A stretch of DNA of 64,000 nucleotides from an uncultured bacterium (GTDB lineage Bacteria; Ratteibacteria; UBA8468; B48-G9; DTJG01). The number at the start of each line of letters is the position of its first letter. The first letter of the stretch is position 1. The stretch covers positions 5,052-69,051 of the forward strand of contig CAZSTE010000001.1 in assembly GCA_964609735.1 (NCBI GenBank), written 5' to 3'. The notes beneath the pieces were generated by a model. That model did not search any database and was not told where the DNA came from. It saw only the letters and a list, made by a program, of their open reading frames with translations. The translations under genes were made by a program, and so were the position numbers. Positions 53,379 to 63,667 of this stretch are shown here, in pieces.

Positions 53379-55346
53379 TTACCCAATCAGTATTCCGCAA
53401 AAGGAATGTGAAGGTAAATCCCTGATGCGTATGGTTTTATTTTTTATTTCCGCTGATTTCCAAGATGTTTCAGGAATTTTAAGAATATGCATCTCGGCAT
53501 TTTTTGGGAGATCAAGTTTTTTTGTGTCTATCACAATTTCGCCGCTTATCTTTTTTGTATCGTGAAGATTTGTAACAATCAAAAGTGCCTTTCCTTTGTC
53601 TGATTGCCATAAAGCCGGAAACATCCAATATTCCTTGCAATACACTGCATCTGTTGGGCAGTAGGCGGGGTTGTGAAGTTTTATGATATTTCCAGGCAAT
53701 TCCAGCATGGTATTCCACAATGGCTTTATATATGAAGATGCCCTTGAAAATGGAATATTGGGTTCCAATACAGGATGTCCTGTCATTCCCAATGCAGCGC
53801 AGATTGCTGTTGCTTTTTTGCTGGAAAATTCAGCCCTGTCTTTAAGATTTCCCGCAATTAAATGCGCTCCTGAACAATCCAGGCATGAAAAATATGCTGT
53901 GCTTTCAGGCTGTGTAAGAAGTTCATCATGTCGTATGGATAATTCCCCGCATAATGCGACATCAAGACAACTCTGGCTTAAACCAAAAGGAAACCCTGTA
54001 TGTCCAATGATTACCCCATATTTACCTACTCTTTTACGCATGGCTTTTAGGTACATAAAATATCCATATGAGGACCAATGAAGCAAACTGGTTTTTGTAA
54101 ACCCCATGGCATGAGGAGAATTCCAGTCAGGATAAAATCCATCCCAATCTTTTTGCATATAATCCTCAAACCAGCTTTGGTACATCTGGTATTGTTCACA
54201 TCCCCTGATATATGTTAAAACCCGCATATTACGTTGATGGCATCTGTCAAGAAAAGCCCTGAACCATTTAGGATCCTTAACAACATAGTCAGCAGGCGGT
54301 TCACAATTTGTTCCTGGGTTTTTCATCCAGAATTGATGGATAATCATTACATTGGCTCCAAGATTTGCAACCTCGTCAACCCTTTTTATGTCAGGATTCC
54401 CGCAAAATAACTGTGGCGCCTGACATGCGACCTGTTTGATGGGCATCAAAATCCAGGGCCACTCCTTTCCAATAGTTGCATAAGGATACATACAATGTGC
54501 CACCCTGCAGCCAAGCACATTATTTCTATAAACAGGGTCAACATTTTTTCCGCTTTGGGTTTTTGATGTGAGAAACAGCATGCCCCATTTGTTTCTGTAC
54601 CTAATCGGTTCGTTCAATCTTATCTGCGCCTGATTTAATAAATGCCAGTGAAGCGCCCATTGGTTTCCTTCCTTTCCAGCACTGCTCATTGTATATTCGC
54701 GGGGCGCATCATTAAACGATATCCATTCATCAAGAACAAATTCAATCTTGTTGCTAAAAAACTTTGTTTTTTCCCAGCCAAGGTCTATTGAAACAAGGGG
54801 CCATAATTCTTTTTGAGAGATTGTTTCGTTCATCTGTTTATAAAGGTCAAGTCCATAAAAAACATGGGTTGTTGAATAATCCCTTTTATACCATGGGTTT
54901 CTTGTAAAATAACCCCATCGCGCCGACCTGGCGGTTTCAACATCAAGAAAAACATTCATTGATATTTCATTAATCGTAAAACCCTTTTTTCTTTCTGTAT
55001 CAATAACCTGTTCACAAAAGACGGCGCCTTCGCTAAATATCTCGTATGTTTGTGTGATTTTTATGGAATCATTTGCAAGACCTGCCTTATTCTGGATAAC
55101 AATTTTTTCAGAATCAGCCGATTCAACAATAAGTTTTGATTTTACGTCCGATAGATTGTATATCCTATTGTTTACAATAAATCTCAAACCGCAGATTGTA
55201 TGAGAATCTGAAAGAAGCGGATGTGATTCCATTTCATCCTTACAGAAAAAATCAACTATTTCGCCACCTCTGTTTGCATCCCATGTGAGCCGACCTGACC
55301 CTGTTTCAACAGTAATTTTATTTCTTTCCCTGCGAATCGTTAACAT
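53379..55346 (-). CDS. Conserved hypothetical 655-aa protein (copy 2)
   Basis: Identical to 21987..23954. Confidence 0.45.
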   Translation of the reverse strand: MLTIRRERNKITVETGSGRLTWDANRGGEIVDFFCKDEMESHPLLSDSHTICGLRFIVNNRIYNLSDVKSKLIVESADSEKIVIQNKAGLANDSIKITQTYEIFSEGAVFCEQVIDTERKKGFTINEISMNVFLDVETARSARWGYFTRNPWYKRDYSTTHVFYGLDLYKQMNETISQKELWPLVSIDLGWEKTKFFSNKIEFVLDEWISFNDAPREYTMSSAGKEGNQWALHWHLLNQAQIRLNEPIRYRNKWGMLFLTSKTQSGKNVDPVYRNNVLGCRVAHCMYPYATIGKEWPWILMPIKQVACQAPQLFCGNPDIKRVDEVANLGANVMIIHQFWMKNPGTNCEPPADYVVKDPKWFRAFLDRCHQRNMRVLTYIRGCEQYQMYQSWFEDYMQKDWDGFYPDWNSPHAMGFTKTSLLHWSSYGYFMYLKAMRKRVGKYGVIIGHTGFPFGLSQSCLDVALCGELSIRHDELLTQPESTAYFSCLDCSGAHLIAGNLKDRAEFSSKKATAICAALGMTGHPVLEPNIPFSRASSYIKPLWNTMLELPGNIIKLHNPAYCPTDAVYCKEYWMFPALWQSDKGKALLIVTNLHDTKKISGEIVIDTKKLDLPKNAEMHILKIPETSWKSAEIKNKTIRIRDLPSHSFCGILIG

Positions 55347-55421
55347 ATAAAAACTCCTTGGTAAATTTTTGGATTAATAAGGATTAAATTAAAAACGATG
55401 ATACATCAAAACATTTAATAT

Positions 55422-55446
55422 GTCCAATATATTGGGCATATTGGAC
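55422..55446. promoter_or_regulatory. Nested palindrome operator candidate (copy 2)
   Basis: Identical to 24030..24054. Confidence 0.3.
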
Positions 55447-55525
55447 TGTTTAACAGTGTTGTAATAAGGTGTTATGATATTTTTTGGTTGCATTGTGGAA
55501 TATTCTCGTAAAAACAATCTTTTTA

Positions 55526-56497
55526 TCAGTCCTTCAAAACAATGTTGTCCATAAGTTCTTTATTGTTTATACACCAATCAATTGTTTTTTTAAGCCCTTC
55601 TTCAAGAGAAAAAACAGGCCTCCATCCAAGAATTTTATTTGCCTTTGAAATATCCGCCCAGGTTGCCTGCATATCGCACTGTGGCAATGGCTTGTTTGTA
55701 ATTTTTGCGTTCTTTCCAAGGTATTTTTCTATCAGGGATATTGTTTCATTTATTGTGTAGGGATGATTCCCGCCAAGGTTGATTATTTCAAATCCGACAT
55801 TTTTCAATCCGAGAAGTGTTCCTCTTGCAATGTCTTCAACAAATGTAAAATCTCTGCTTTGATTTCCATCGCCATAAACAGGTATTTCTTTTTCTTCATT
55901 TATTAATTTTATAAACTTAAAGATGCTTAAATCAGGCCTGCCCGCAGGCCCATAAACGGTAAAATACCTGAAAATTGTAATATCCATTCCATAAAGATAA
56001 TGATATGTGTAACAGATAAGTTCTGCTGCTTTTTTTGAGGCTGCATAGGGTGATATGGGGGTGTTAACAGGAAGATTCTCAGAAAATGGCATATCCTGGC
56101 CGGCATACAGGGAGGAGGTTGAAGCAAGGATAAATTTTTTTATCTTGAAACGTTCAGCAAGCGCCAAAAGATTAAGATTTCCACAGACATTTGTTTCAAA
56201 ATATATATGAGGATTTTCAATGCTTGCCCTCACGCCTGCCCGCGCTGCAAGATTAATAATTGCCTCAGGGCTTTTTTCAAAAAAAAGCTTTTCAAGTTCA
56301 TTTTTGTTTCTAATGTCAATCTGCTTGAATTCAAAACCCCTGATTTTTTTCAGGTCATCAAGCCGCCATTGTTTTAACCTTATATCATAATAATCATTGA
56401 TATCATCAATTCCTATAACATCATACCCTGAGTTCAAAGCCATCTTTACCGTCTGCCAACCAATAAATCCAGCACATCCTGTTATAAGTAGTTTCAT
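55526..56497 (-). CDS. NAD-dependent epimerase/dehydratase (copy 2)
   Basis: Identical to 24134..25105. Confidence 0.85.
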   Translation of the reverse strand: MKLLITGCAGFIGWQTVKMALNSGYDVIGIDDINDYYDIRLKQWRLDDLKKIRGFEFKQIDIRNKNELEKLFFEKSPEAIINLAARAGVRASIENPHIYFETNVCGNLNLLALAERFKIKKFILASTSSLYAGQDMPFSENLPVNTPISPYAASKKAAELICYTYHYLYGMDITIFRYFTVYGPAGRPDLSIFKFIKLINEEKEIPVYGDGNQSRDFTFVEDIARGTLLGLKNVGFEIINLGGNHPYTINETISLIEKYLGKNAKITNKPLPQCDMQATWADISKANKILGWRPVFSLEEGLKKTIDWCINNKELMDNIVLKD

Positions 56498-57882
56498 TAT
56501 AGGGTCACACCCATTCCATAATCCGCAATATCTGCTTTTATGGATTTTTTTTCATAAAGAATCTGTTTTAGCGTTTCAAGAGCGCCATCCTCGCCATGCA
56601 CAAGAAATGTGTTGGAAGGCGTATTTTCCACTGGCGAAAGCCACCAGAGTATTTCATTCTGGTCAGCATGGGAGGAAAACCCATTAATCTGAATAACATT
56701 TGCTTTTACTTCTCGATATTCTCCAAGAATTCTTACCTGTTTTTTGCCGCTTATAATTTCTTTGCCCAATGTCCCATTTGCTTGATAGCCAATAAACATA
56801 ATGGTGCTTTCTGGCCTGCTGATATTGGTGATAAGATGATGTTTTATTCTACCACCGGTGCACATTCCAGATCCGGCAATAATGATTACAGAACCCTTTA
56901 CATGATTAATGGATTTTGATTCTTCAACGCTTTCTGTTGGTCTGAGATGCGACATTTCAAAAGGATTATCATATTGGGTCTGCAGGGACGGGCTTAAAAA
57001 ATCTATATATTGTTTGAAGACCTCTGTAATTCTGATTGCCATAGGGCTATCAAGAAATATCCATAGATGCGGAATTCGATCATGCGCGAGTAAATGTTTT
57101 AGACAATATAAGAATTCCTGGGTTCTTTCTATGGCAAAACTTGGAACAACAATATTGCCACCTTTATTTGCTGTTTCTGTGATGGTTTCTGCGATGGTTT
57201 CATACGCTAAAGAATCCGCTTCATGGATTCGGTTGCCATAGGTTGATTCCATCACAAGATGGTCAATATGTGAGAATCGTTCAGGTTCCGGCAGAACATG
57301 CCTGTTTGGTCTTCCAAGGTCTCCTGTAAAAACAAGATTTTGGCCGGAAATGATATCCCTAAATTCCAATATTGTTGAACCAAGAATATGCCCTGCATTA
57401 TGACAGATGAGATTCAGGCCTTTTTCTATCTGAAAGGAATCATCATAAGGAATTTCTTCAAACCTGTCAAAAACATCATATGCCTGGTCTATTGTAAAAA
57501 GAGGTACAACAGGATGTTCTGGAACAATCCCTGTGCGCTGGTGCCTTTGTATTTTCTTTTCTGAGTCCTCCTGATAAATCTTGGCTGCATCAAGAAGCAC
57601 AATCTTTGTTATTTCAATTGTTGGCGCTGTGGCATAGATTTTGCCCTTAAATCCATCCCTTACAAGGCATGGGAGAAATCCGCAGTGGTCAAGATGCGCG
57701 TGCGTAAGAAATATCGCCTTAATAGTGGATGGTTCCACAGGAAATTTTTCCCAGTTTCTTGAAAGAAGCTGTCTTTCTTGATATATTCCGCAGTCAATAA
57801 GAAAATTTTTCTCATTATATGTGAGAAGATGCTTTGATCCTGTAACATTTCTGCTTGCGCCCAGGAATCTGATTGAAAACAT
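56497..57882 (-). CDS. beta-CASP MBL-fold hydrolase (copy 2)
   Basis: Identical to 25105..26490. Confidence 0.78.
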   Translation of the reverse strand: MFSIRFLGASRNVTGSKHLLTYNEKNFLIDCGIYQERQLLSRNWEKFPVEPSTIKAIFLTHAHLDHCGFLPCLVRDGFKGKIYATAPTIEITKIVLLDAAKIYQEDSEKKIQRHQRTGIVPEHPVVPLFTIDQAYDVFDRFEEIPYDDSFQIEKGLNLICHNAGHILGSTILEFRDIISGQNLVFTGDLGRPNRHVLPEPERFSHIDHLVMESTYGNRIHEADSLAYETIAETITETANKGGNIVVPSFAIERTQEFLYCLKHLLAHDRIPHLWIFLDSPMAIRITEVFKQYIDFLSPSLQTQYDNPFEMSHLRPTESVEESKSINHVKGSVIIIAGSGMCTGGRIKHHLITNISRPESTIMFIGYQANGTLGKEIISGKKQVRILGEYREVKANVIQINGFSSHADQNEILWWLSPVENTPSNTFLVHGEDGALETLKQILYEKKSIKADIADYGMGVTL

Positions 57883-57884
57883 TT

Positions 57885-60800
57885 TTATTTTTCCTTGAAC
57901 ATATCAACAAGTATTTCGCTATAAGGTTTTGATGGTTTGGATATTTGTCCTTTTTCATCAGCCCAGACAACCCAGTAGTAAAGTTTTATGCCCGGCCGCA
58001 ATCCATATATATGCTCCCCACTTTTTGCGCCATTTGGGGTCATATTGATTGCGCCTCTTCCATCAGCATATGGTCCAACCCAGATAAAATATCTGGATGC
58101 CTGTTTCATTTCCTTGAAATAAACAAAAACATTTGTTCCATCCGCACCCCAGGAAGGCGGTTGGAGTTTGATGATTGCGCTTGGTTCATAGATACCGGTT
58201 TTCTGCATCTGGGCAATTGGATTTGGGAGATCCGGTATATCCTTTGGTTTTGGCATTTTTATTTTACTTAATGCGATTGCTTTTTCTATTGCGTCTTCAG
58301 GACATTTGTATTCAGCATACATCTTGCCAAAACATACAATATCAGAAGAAACAGGTTGGACATCATTCACATAAAGAATATGTGTTCTTTGTTCCACAAT
58401 AATATTTTCAAGTTTCAATGGTAGATCAACAATCCCATCGCCATCCGCATAGCGCCACCATGTTGTTCCATATTTTCTGAAGTTATCATAGCCTTCATTG
58501 CCGGGTAGTTCAAATGTGATATATCTCCATCCATCAAAATTAAAATAACTCCAGGAATGAACATCATCGCAATTCCACTGGTCCTTTGTTCCGATGCTTA
58601 GCCATCGTTCACCCTTGGCATCTCTAAGACAATAAACAACTCTGCCCCAATCGCTTGCCCCCTTTACCCATAGTCCTATTGCTGATGGAGCGCCTGGAAG
58701 CATAACGGGATGACTTGGTTCAAGGATTGCATACCACGGCATAAGTTGATGAATTTTTTCCTGTTTTTCCAGTTTTGAAACAAGAATATTTCCAAAAATT
58801 TCATCTGTTTGGATTGAGGAAGTAAATCGTCCTTTATATCTAAATGTATCAAAATTATTGGTTTCATAAATCATGTTTCTGTTTTCACTATATTTCCACG
58901 AGCCATCTCCTAAATCCGCAACAGGAATTGCATTTTCCGCAGGTTTTAAATCAGAATGGGTTGGAGTTCCGGCTTCAACATTTACAATCTCGTTTTTTGT
59001 TGCGATATAGGTTACAGATGAATCAATGATAATGGTAATCTTTTTATCAGTGGTGTTGAAAATGGTTGTATTATTCATAACATCGGTTACAGGTATTTCT
59101 CCGTCATGCGCGAATGTAAGCGAAACAGGTCTTTGGCCCCTTATCGTCCACAAGGTATAGATGTTTCCTTTTGTGCCTTTAAATTTTAGACAGAAGCTTG
59201 TAAGGGAACCTGTGGAAAGCCATTTTTCAAATGTGGCATTATTCAATTTATCAGTCATTGTTGCATATGCCGCGTATGCCGGTTTTGGATCGCAGTATGG
59301 AATTCTTCTGAATATGCCGCAACCACCATAGTGTTCGGCGCCATAATCATTGCCGCAATCAAACGCAAACCATCCAGAATAAAATTTTTTAACCCCGTAT
59401 GCCATGCTGATGAGCGTCCATCTATTGTAAATATCCATCTGTTCTTTCCAGGAGCATGCACCTATTTCTGTTGGAACAAAAATACCTTCACAATATCGTA
59501 GGTCTGGTTCTGGAATTCCTGCCTTTTCGTATTCTTTTCGTAACTCATAAAGCCTGTGCACACTGATCTGATGAAGCTGTTGTTCGGGTAATCTTTCAAA
59601 TCCGCATATATCAAGTCCAGAGCCGTCTATCAGTTTTTTTGGGAATCCTGCCCGCAGAAGTGGAACAATAAAAAGCGGATCTCCCCACGGAATCAAAATT
59701 TTTAATTCTGGCCAGGTTTCTCTGATTGCTTCCGCAGCGCATTTTGCTGTTACAAAATGCATCCTTATTCGTTTAATCTCATCATCTGTTGGTTGATATG
59801 GCTCTTCTCCCCAGTATTCCGGATAATTTCCGGCTGTCATTCTGTTGCTGATGGATGGCTCAGGAAAGAAAAAGACATTATCCGGTCTATAATTTTCTGG
59901 AACAGCGTTACGGACCCTTGTGTATGTTTCAATAACCTTCTTTTTATAATCATCATACATCGTCTGGTTGTATGGTTGTTCCGCTGCCCATTCCTGTGGA
60001 TTTACATCCCATGCGCCAGCAGGAATTCGTGCCCAATGGTTTTTCACGTATTCGTTGTTTTCCGCGCCCTGTGGCAAACCGATGCTTGTTCGTGCGCCAG
60101 CCATTGTCATCAAACGGATGTGATGGTCTGCTTTTGGAGTATAAAGCGCGCCATGATAACTCCAGTATCCAAAAAGTGTGGATTTGCCATCCCATTTTTC
60201 TGTTCTTGTATCCGGGGCGAGTAACACAAATGAACGGGTTTCACTCCATACATTATCATCTATTTGAAGACTTGCGATAATCTGATACCAGCCATAACGT
60301 TTTGCTGGGATGCTTAATTTAATGTTTTCAGAGTCTTGCTTTGCAACACGGATATCCTTTTCAATGACGATGTTATCTTGTTTATCATAACTTGCCGCTG
60401 AAAGCTTAAGTTTTCCGATTATGTCATTTTTCCAGCTTGAAATCCTCACCGTATAAGAGGGTGTTTCCGGGGATGTCCATACATGACCGAATCTGTCAGG
60501 ATTTATTGAAAAATCAAATCCGCTTTTTCCTAGTGTTACAGCATAAACATGCACAGACGACGGAAGTCCTGCCTGATGCCAACCATATATAATCGGGTCA
60601 GGATACGACCTAAATTGAACAACCTTTTTTGTTAGTTCAAGTTCAAAAATATCAAGGTCTGAAAAAGAAGATAGTTTTCCCTTATCAAGGGGAATTTTTA
60701 CCAGCCAAAGGTTTGCCTCTTTTCCGTTTGAAAGAAGTACAGGGAATTGCGTGGATGTACTGGCAGTTTTTGTGAAAAGGGGCACCTCTGTTTCAAAATT

Positions 60801-61946
60801 TTGCGCATATCCAGCGCCCGGCCTATAAAACATTGCCGTAAGAATCGGCTTTGAATCCTGTCTGCCGTCTGCCGCGGCAAGAACATAAAGGCAATCATAG
60901 CTATCAAACGGTATTCTTAATTGAATTCTTGCAGGGTCTCTATTTGAAGAACCTGCAAACGCCTGCTGATTAACAGGGAAATATCCCTCAAGTGTTCCTT
61001 CTCTATAAAGAGATTTGCTTATATCAAGATGGTCAAATCCTTCAATATTGGTGCAGGGAGATATAAAAGGAATTCCTGAAATGTTTATGATGGCGTCCGC
61101 AGATTCAAACGGGATTACAAAGGTTTTATCCGTTATTGTTTTACCCTGCGCGTATCCTGCTATTCTGACCGGATAAAAATCAGGTATTTCTTCCTCGGCT
61201 GTTGTGAGAGAAAAACCTGTCATTTGAACATCCTGGCTTAACATAAAAGCGACCAGGCCTTCTTTTGGGAAATCCCCGTTTTTTTTATAGGCAATCAATC
61301 TGTCATCAACCCAGCACCACACAGAATTTTCTCTTAAAACCATTCTTACCTCAATCCATTTTGAATTGTGATCGGGCAAGGGTGCCATATCCTTTTCTAT
61401 CTGTATTCTGTAATCCTCAGGCCATCCTGGAAGTATTTTTGGGTATGCCTTCAATAGATATGTAAAATCATTTGAAAAAGAAGGTGTCCAATCCATATTC
61501 TTTCCAATTTCATTATTATCATAAAGATATTTGCCTGAATTTCTTACAGAGCAAGAAACCCTTTCAGGATATCCTGGATTGTCTGTTGTGGTAATGAATA
61601 GCATCAAACCAGTATCATTGATATCTTTTTTCCCAAGATAAAAATATGCGTAGGCTGAATTGTTAACAGTTGTGCGGAGTTTTATAAGTGCCCGCATTTC
61701 GATGGGGGTATTAAAATTTTCTTTGCCGACCAGCAGGCATGTTGGCGTTGACGCGGTAATAATAGGCATATTGCGTAATGTTTCTTTTTCAACAACAAAA
61801 TCTCCGGTTTGTTTGGTCCAGTTGGTTTCAAACGCCGAAACAAAATCCGCAGAATCTATAAAATTTTGATTTTGCGCGCAGAGAAGTGATGTGAAAAACA
61901 ATGTACCCAAAAACATCACAGCAGAAAAAATCCCGCTTTTCTTCAT
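57885..61946 (-). CDS. Giant (1353-aa) secreted protein of unknown function; full-length copy with N-terminal signal peptide
   Basis: MKKSGIFSAVMFLGTLFFTSLLCAQNQ is a signal peptide with a probable LCA/QNQ cleavage site. It is a multi-domain, Trp/Tyr/Gly-rich protein with no catalytic motif I recognise. The C-terminal 854 aa equal the fragment at 26493..29057. Confidence 0.6.
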   Translation of the reverse strand: MKKSGIFSAVMFLGTLFFTSLLCAQNQNFIDSADFVSAFETNWTKQTGDFVVEKETLRNMPIITASTPTCLLVGKENFNTPIEMRALIKLRTTVNNSAYAYFYLGKKDINDTGLMLFITTTDNPGYPERVSCSVRNSGKYLYDNNEIGKNMDWTPSFSNDFTYLLKAYPKILPGWPEDYRIQIEKDMAPLPDHNSKWIEVRMVLRENSVWCWVDDRLIAYKKNGDFPKEGLVAFMLSQDVQMTGFSLTTAEEEIPDFYPVRIAGYAQGKTITDKTFVIPFESADAIINISGIPFISPCTNIEGFDHLDISKSLYREGTLEGYFPVNQQAFAGSSNRDPARIQLRIPFDSYDCLYVLAAADGRQDSKPILTAMFYRPGAGYAQNFETEVPLFTKTASTSTQFPVLLSNGKEANLWLVKIPLDKGKLSSFSDLDIFELELTKKVVQFRSYPDPIIYGWHQAGLPSSVHVYAVTLGKSGFDFSINPDRFGHVWTSPETPSYTVRISSWKNDIIGKLKLSAASYDKQDNIVIEKDIRVAKQDSENIKLSIPAKRYGWYQIIASLQIDDNVWSETRSFVLLAPDTRTEKWDGKSTLFGYWSYHGALYTPKADHHIRLMTMAGARTSIGLPQGAENNEYVKNHWARIPAGAWDVNPQEWAAEQPYNQTMYDDYKKKVIETYTRVRNAVPENYRPDNVFFFPEPSISNRMTAGNYPEYWGEEPYQPTDDEIKRIRMHFVTAKCAAEAIRETWPELKILIPWGDPLFIVPLLRAGFPKKLIDGSGLDICGFERLPEQQLHQISVHRLYELRKEYEKAGIPEPDLRYCEGIFVPTEIGACSWKEQMDIYNRWTLISMAYGVKKFYSGWFAFDCGNDYGAEHYGGCGIFRRIPYCDPKPAYAAYATMTDKLNNATFEKWLSTGSLTSFCLKFKGTKGNIYTLWTIRGQRPVSLTFAHDGEIPVTDVMNNTTIFNTTDKKITIIIDSSVTYIATKNEIVNVEAGTPTHSDLKPAENAIPVADLGDGSWKYSENRNMIYETNNFDTFRYKGRFTSSIQTDEIFGNILVSKLEKQEKIHQLMPWYAILEPSHPVMLPGAPSAIGLWVKGASDWGRVVYCLRDAKGERWLSIGTKDQWNCDDVHSWSYFNFDGWRYITFELPGNEGYDNFRKYGTTWWRYADGDGIVDLPLKLENIIVEQRTHILYVNDVQPVSSDIVCFGKMYAEYKCPEDAIEKAIALSKIKMPKPKDIPDLPNPIAQMQKTGIYEPSAIIKLQPPSWGADGTNVFVYFKEMKQASRYFIWVGPYADGRGAINMTPNGAKSGEHIYGLRPGIKLYYWVVWADEKGQISKPSKPYSEILVDMFKEK

Positions 61947-62083
61947 TAATATCCTCCTTCTATAAGGTATCCAACCTAACCCTAAAATTTTTATTTTCTT
62001 AATGAACTAAGATATTATATAACAAAATGTGTAAGATAAACATTATTTCTAAATGTCTAAAAAATGCATAAAAAGAGGTTGCT

Positions 62084-63016
62084 ATGAAATACCCGGCGGT
62101 TATTACAGTGGGAGAATTACTTGTTGAAATAATGAGAAAGGGTATAGATGTATCATTTCTTGAGCCTGGAATTTTTCTTGGACCATATCCCAGTGGAGCG
62201 CCTGGCATCTTTATTTCAGCGGTAAGCCGTGTAAGCAGAGCAAGGGTAAGCGCAGGTATTGTTTCTGTTTGTGGCAGGGATGATTTTGGAAGGGCTGTTG
62301 TTGGGAGGCTTAAAAAAGATAAGGTTGATACCTGTCGCGTTCGTCAAATTAAAGATGCAACAGGTGTTGCTTTTGTACGATATCTTTCCGATGGCAACAG
62401 AGAATTCATATTTCACATAGGAGCAGCCGGTTGTATTAAGCCGCAGGATATTAAAAAAAATTATTTTTCAAAAATTAGGGTTTTACATATTACAGGAAGT
62501 TCCCTATTTACAAGCCAATCATGTTTTTCTGCCTGCAAGAAGGCACTGAAAATTGCCATAAAAAACAGGGCTACAATTAGTTTTGATCCTAATATTAGAA
62601 AAGAAATGGTGCTATTCAGTCAAAATATCGCAAAAATAAATATTTTTCTGAAACAGGCAAAAATTCTTTTTACCACAGAGGAAGAAATTTTTATTTTATT
62701 CGGCAACAGACCAATGCACACCATTGTAGAAAAACTTTTTGATAACGGAACAGAAATTATCATTGTCAAAAAAGGAGAAAAAGGTTCTGAAATATTTTCA
62801 AACCAAGGGATGATAAAAATTCCTCCATTGAGGGTGGATGTTGTTGATCCAACAGGAGCAGGGGATACCTATGCGGGAGCGTTTATTGCCTGTTATTGTA
62901 TGGGAAACCAGATTGCTGAATGCGGCAAAATTGCAGGAATAGCCGCATCCTTAAAATGCACAAAACAGGGTCCAATGAGCATTCCTGAATATAAAGATAT
63001 TGAAAAATATTTTTAA
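62084..63016 (+). CDS. PfkB-family carbohydrate kinase (ribokinase/fructokinase/KDG-kinase-like)
   Basis: 310 aa with the C-terminal DPTGAGDTYAGAFI anion-hole motif and an N-terminal VGELLVE. AGAGG SD upstream. Confidence 0.85.
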   Translation: MKYPAVITVGELLVEIMRKGIDVSFLEPGIFLGPYPSGAPGIFISAVSRVSRARVSAGIVSVCGRDDFGRAVVGRLKKDKVDTCRVRQIKDATGVAFVRYLSDGNREFIFHIGAAGCIKPQDIKKNYFSKIRVLHITGSSLFTSQSCFSACKKALKIAIKNRATISFDPNIRKEMVLFSQNIAKINIFLKQAKILFTTEEEIFILFGNRPMHTIVEKLFDNGTEIIIVKKGEKGSEIFSNQGMIKIPPLRVDVVDPTGAGDTYAGAFIACYCMGNQIAECGKIAGIAASLKCTKQGPMSIPEYKDIEKYF

Positions 63017-63228
63017 TCCAGGCCTATGGCTTTCCTTAAAACCAAAATTACATCTGCAATATCTATCTTTCCATCAAAGTTCATATCAGCGGAAGAAAAA
63101 TCCTTTTCATTAAGTCCAACTGCTTGTCTCAAACATAAAATTACATCTGAAATATCTATTGCTTCATCCTCGTTTATATCGCCTTTTTCTACTGGTTCCA
63201 CTTTTATTTTAGTAACCATATATTCCAT
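63013..63228 (-). CDS. Mini-protein made of a single type-I dockerin module (two Ca-binding F-hand repeats) with no catalytic or carrier domain
   Basis: DINEDEAIDISDVILCLRQAVGL and DMNFDGKIDIADVILVLRKAIGL both fit DxNxDxxIDxxDhhhhh. It overlaps the kinase stop by 4 nt. The SD is weak and there is no signal peptide. Confidence 0.55.
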   Translation of the reverse strand: MEYMVTKIKVEPVEKGDINEDEAIDISDVILCLRQAVGLNEKDFSSADMNFDGKIDIADVILVLRKAIGLD

Positions 63229-63636
63229 TTATTATCATCAAGCTGAGTCACCCCTGCCCCTATATACCCGCCATCTGTTGTTTGTTGCACTGAATATGCT
63301 ATACCGTTTCCACTAAGGCCAAATATCTTTTTTCATTCAATCACTGGTTTTTCACCGGTTTGAGCATTGATGTGGTTTACTGGAAAAAAAACCCCAGCGC
63401 TGAAAAAACAAGAGATATTTTGAAAAAAGATTTCCAAACTTTTGGTTTCATTTATGCGTCCTTTTTAACTTTCTTCCTACTCCACCTCTGCCTATTAAAC
63501 GGAAACAATCTTTTATCCTGTGGCAACTCTTTTTTATATGCGTAAGCCTCTATTTCATTATAAAACACCTCTGGAATCCCTGTTTTTCTTTTGCTCTGTT
63601 TCCTCATTTTTTTCGATAAGATTTGCCAGAATGGAA

Positions 63637-63667
63637 AAAGGGGAATATCCTACCCCTTTATTTTTTC
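63637..63667. terminator. Possible bidirectional terminator (AAAGGGG, 9-nt loop, CCCCTTT, then ATTTTTT)
   Basis: A hairpin spanning the stop of the - strand URO-D-like gene. The stem is short and the loop long, so the call is weak. Confidence 0.25.

Noticed and set aside
63026-63316. 96-aa + strand ORF overlapping the dockerin gene, and ORFs 63360..63545 and 63520..63789 on the + strand
   Set aside because: No SD, low-complexity translations, and they span a probable terminator. I treat them as noise.
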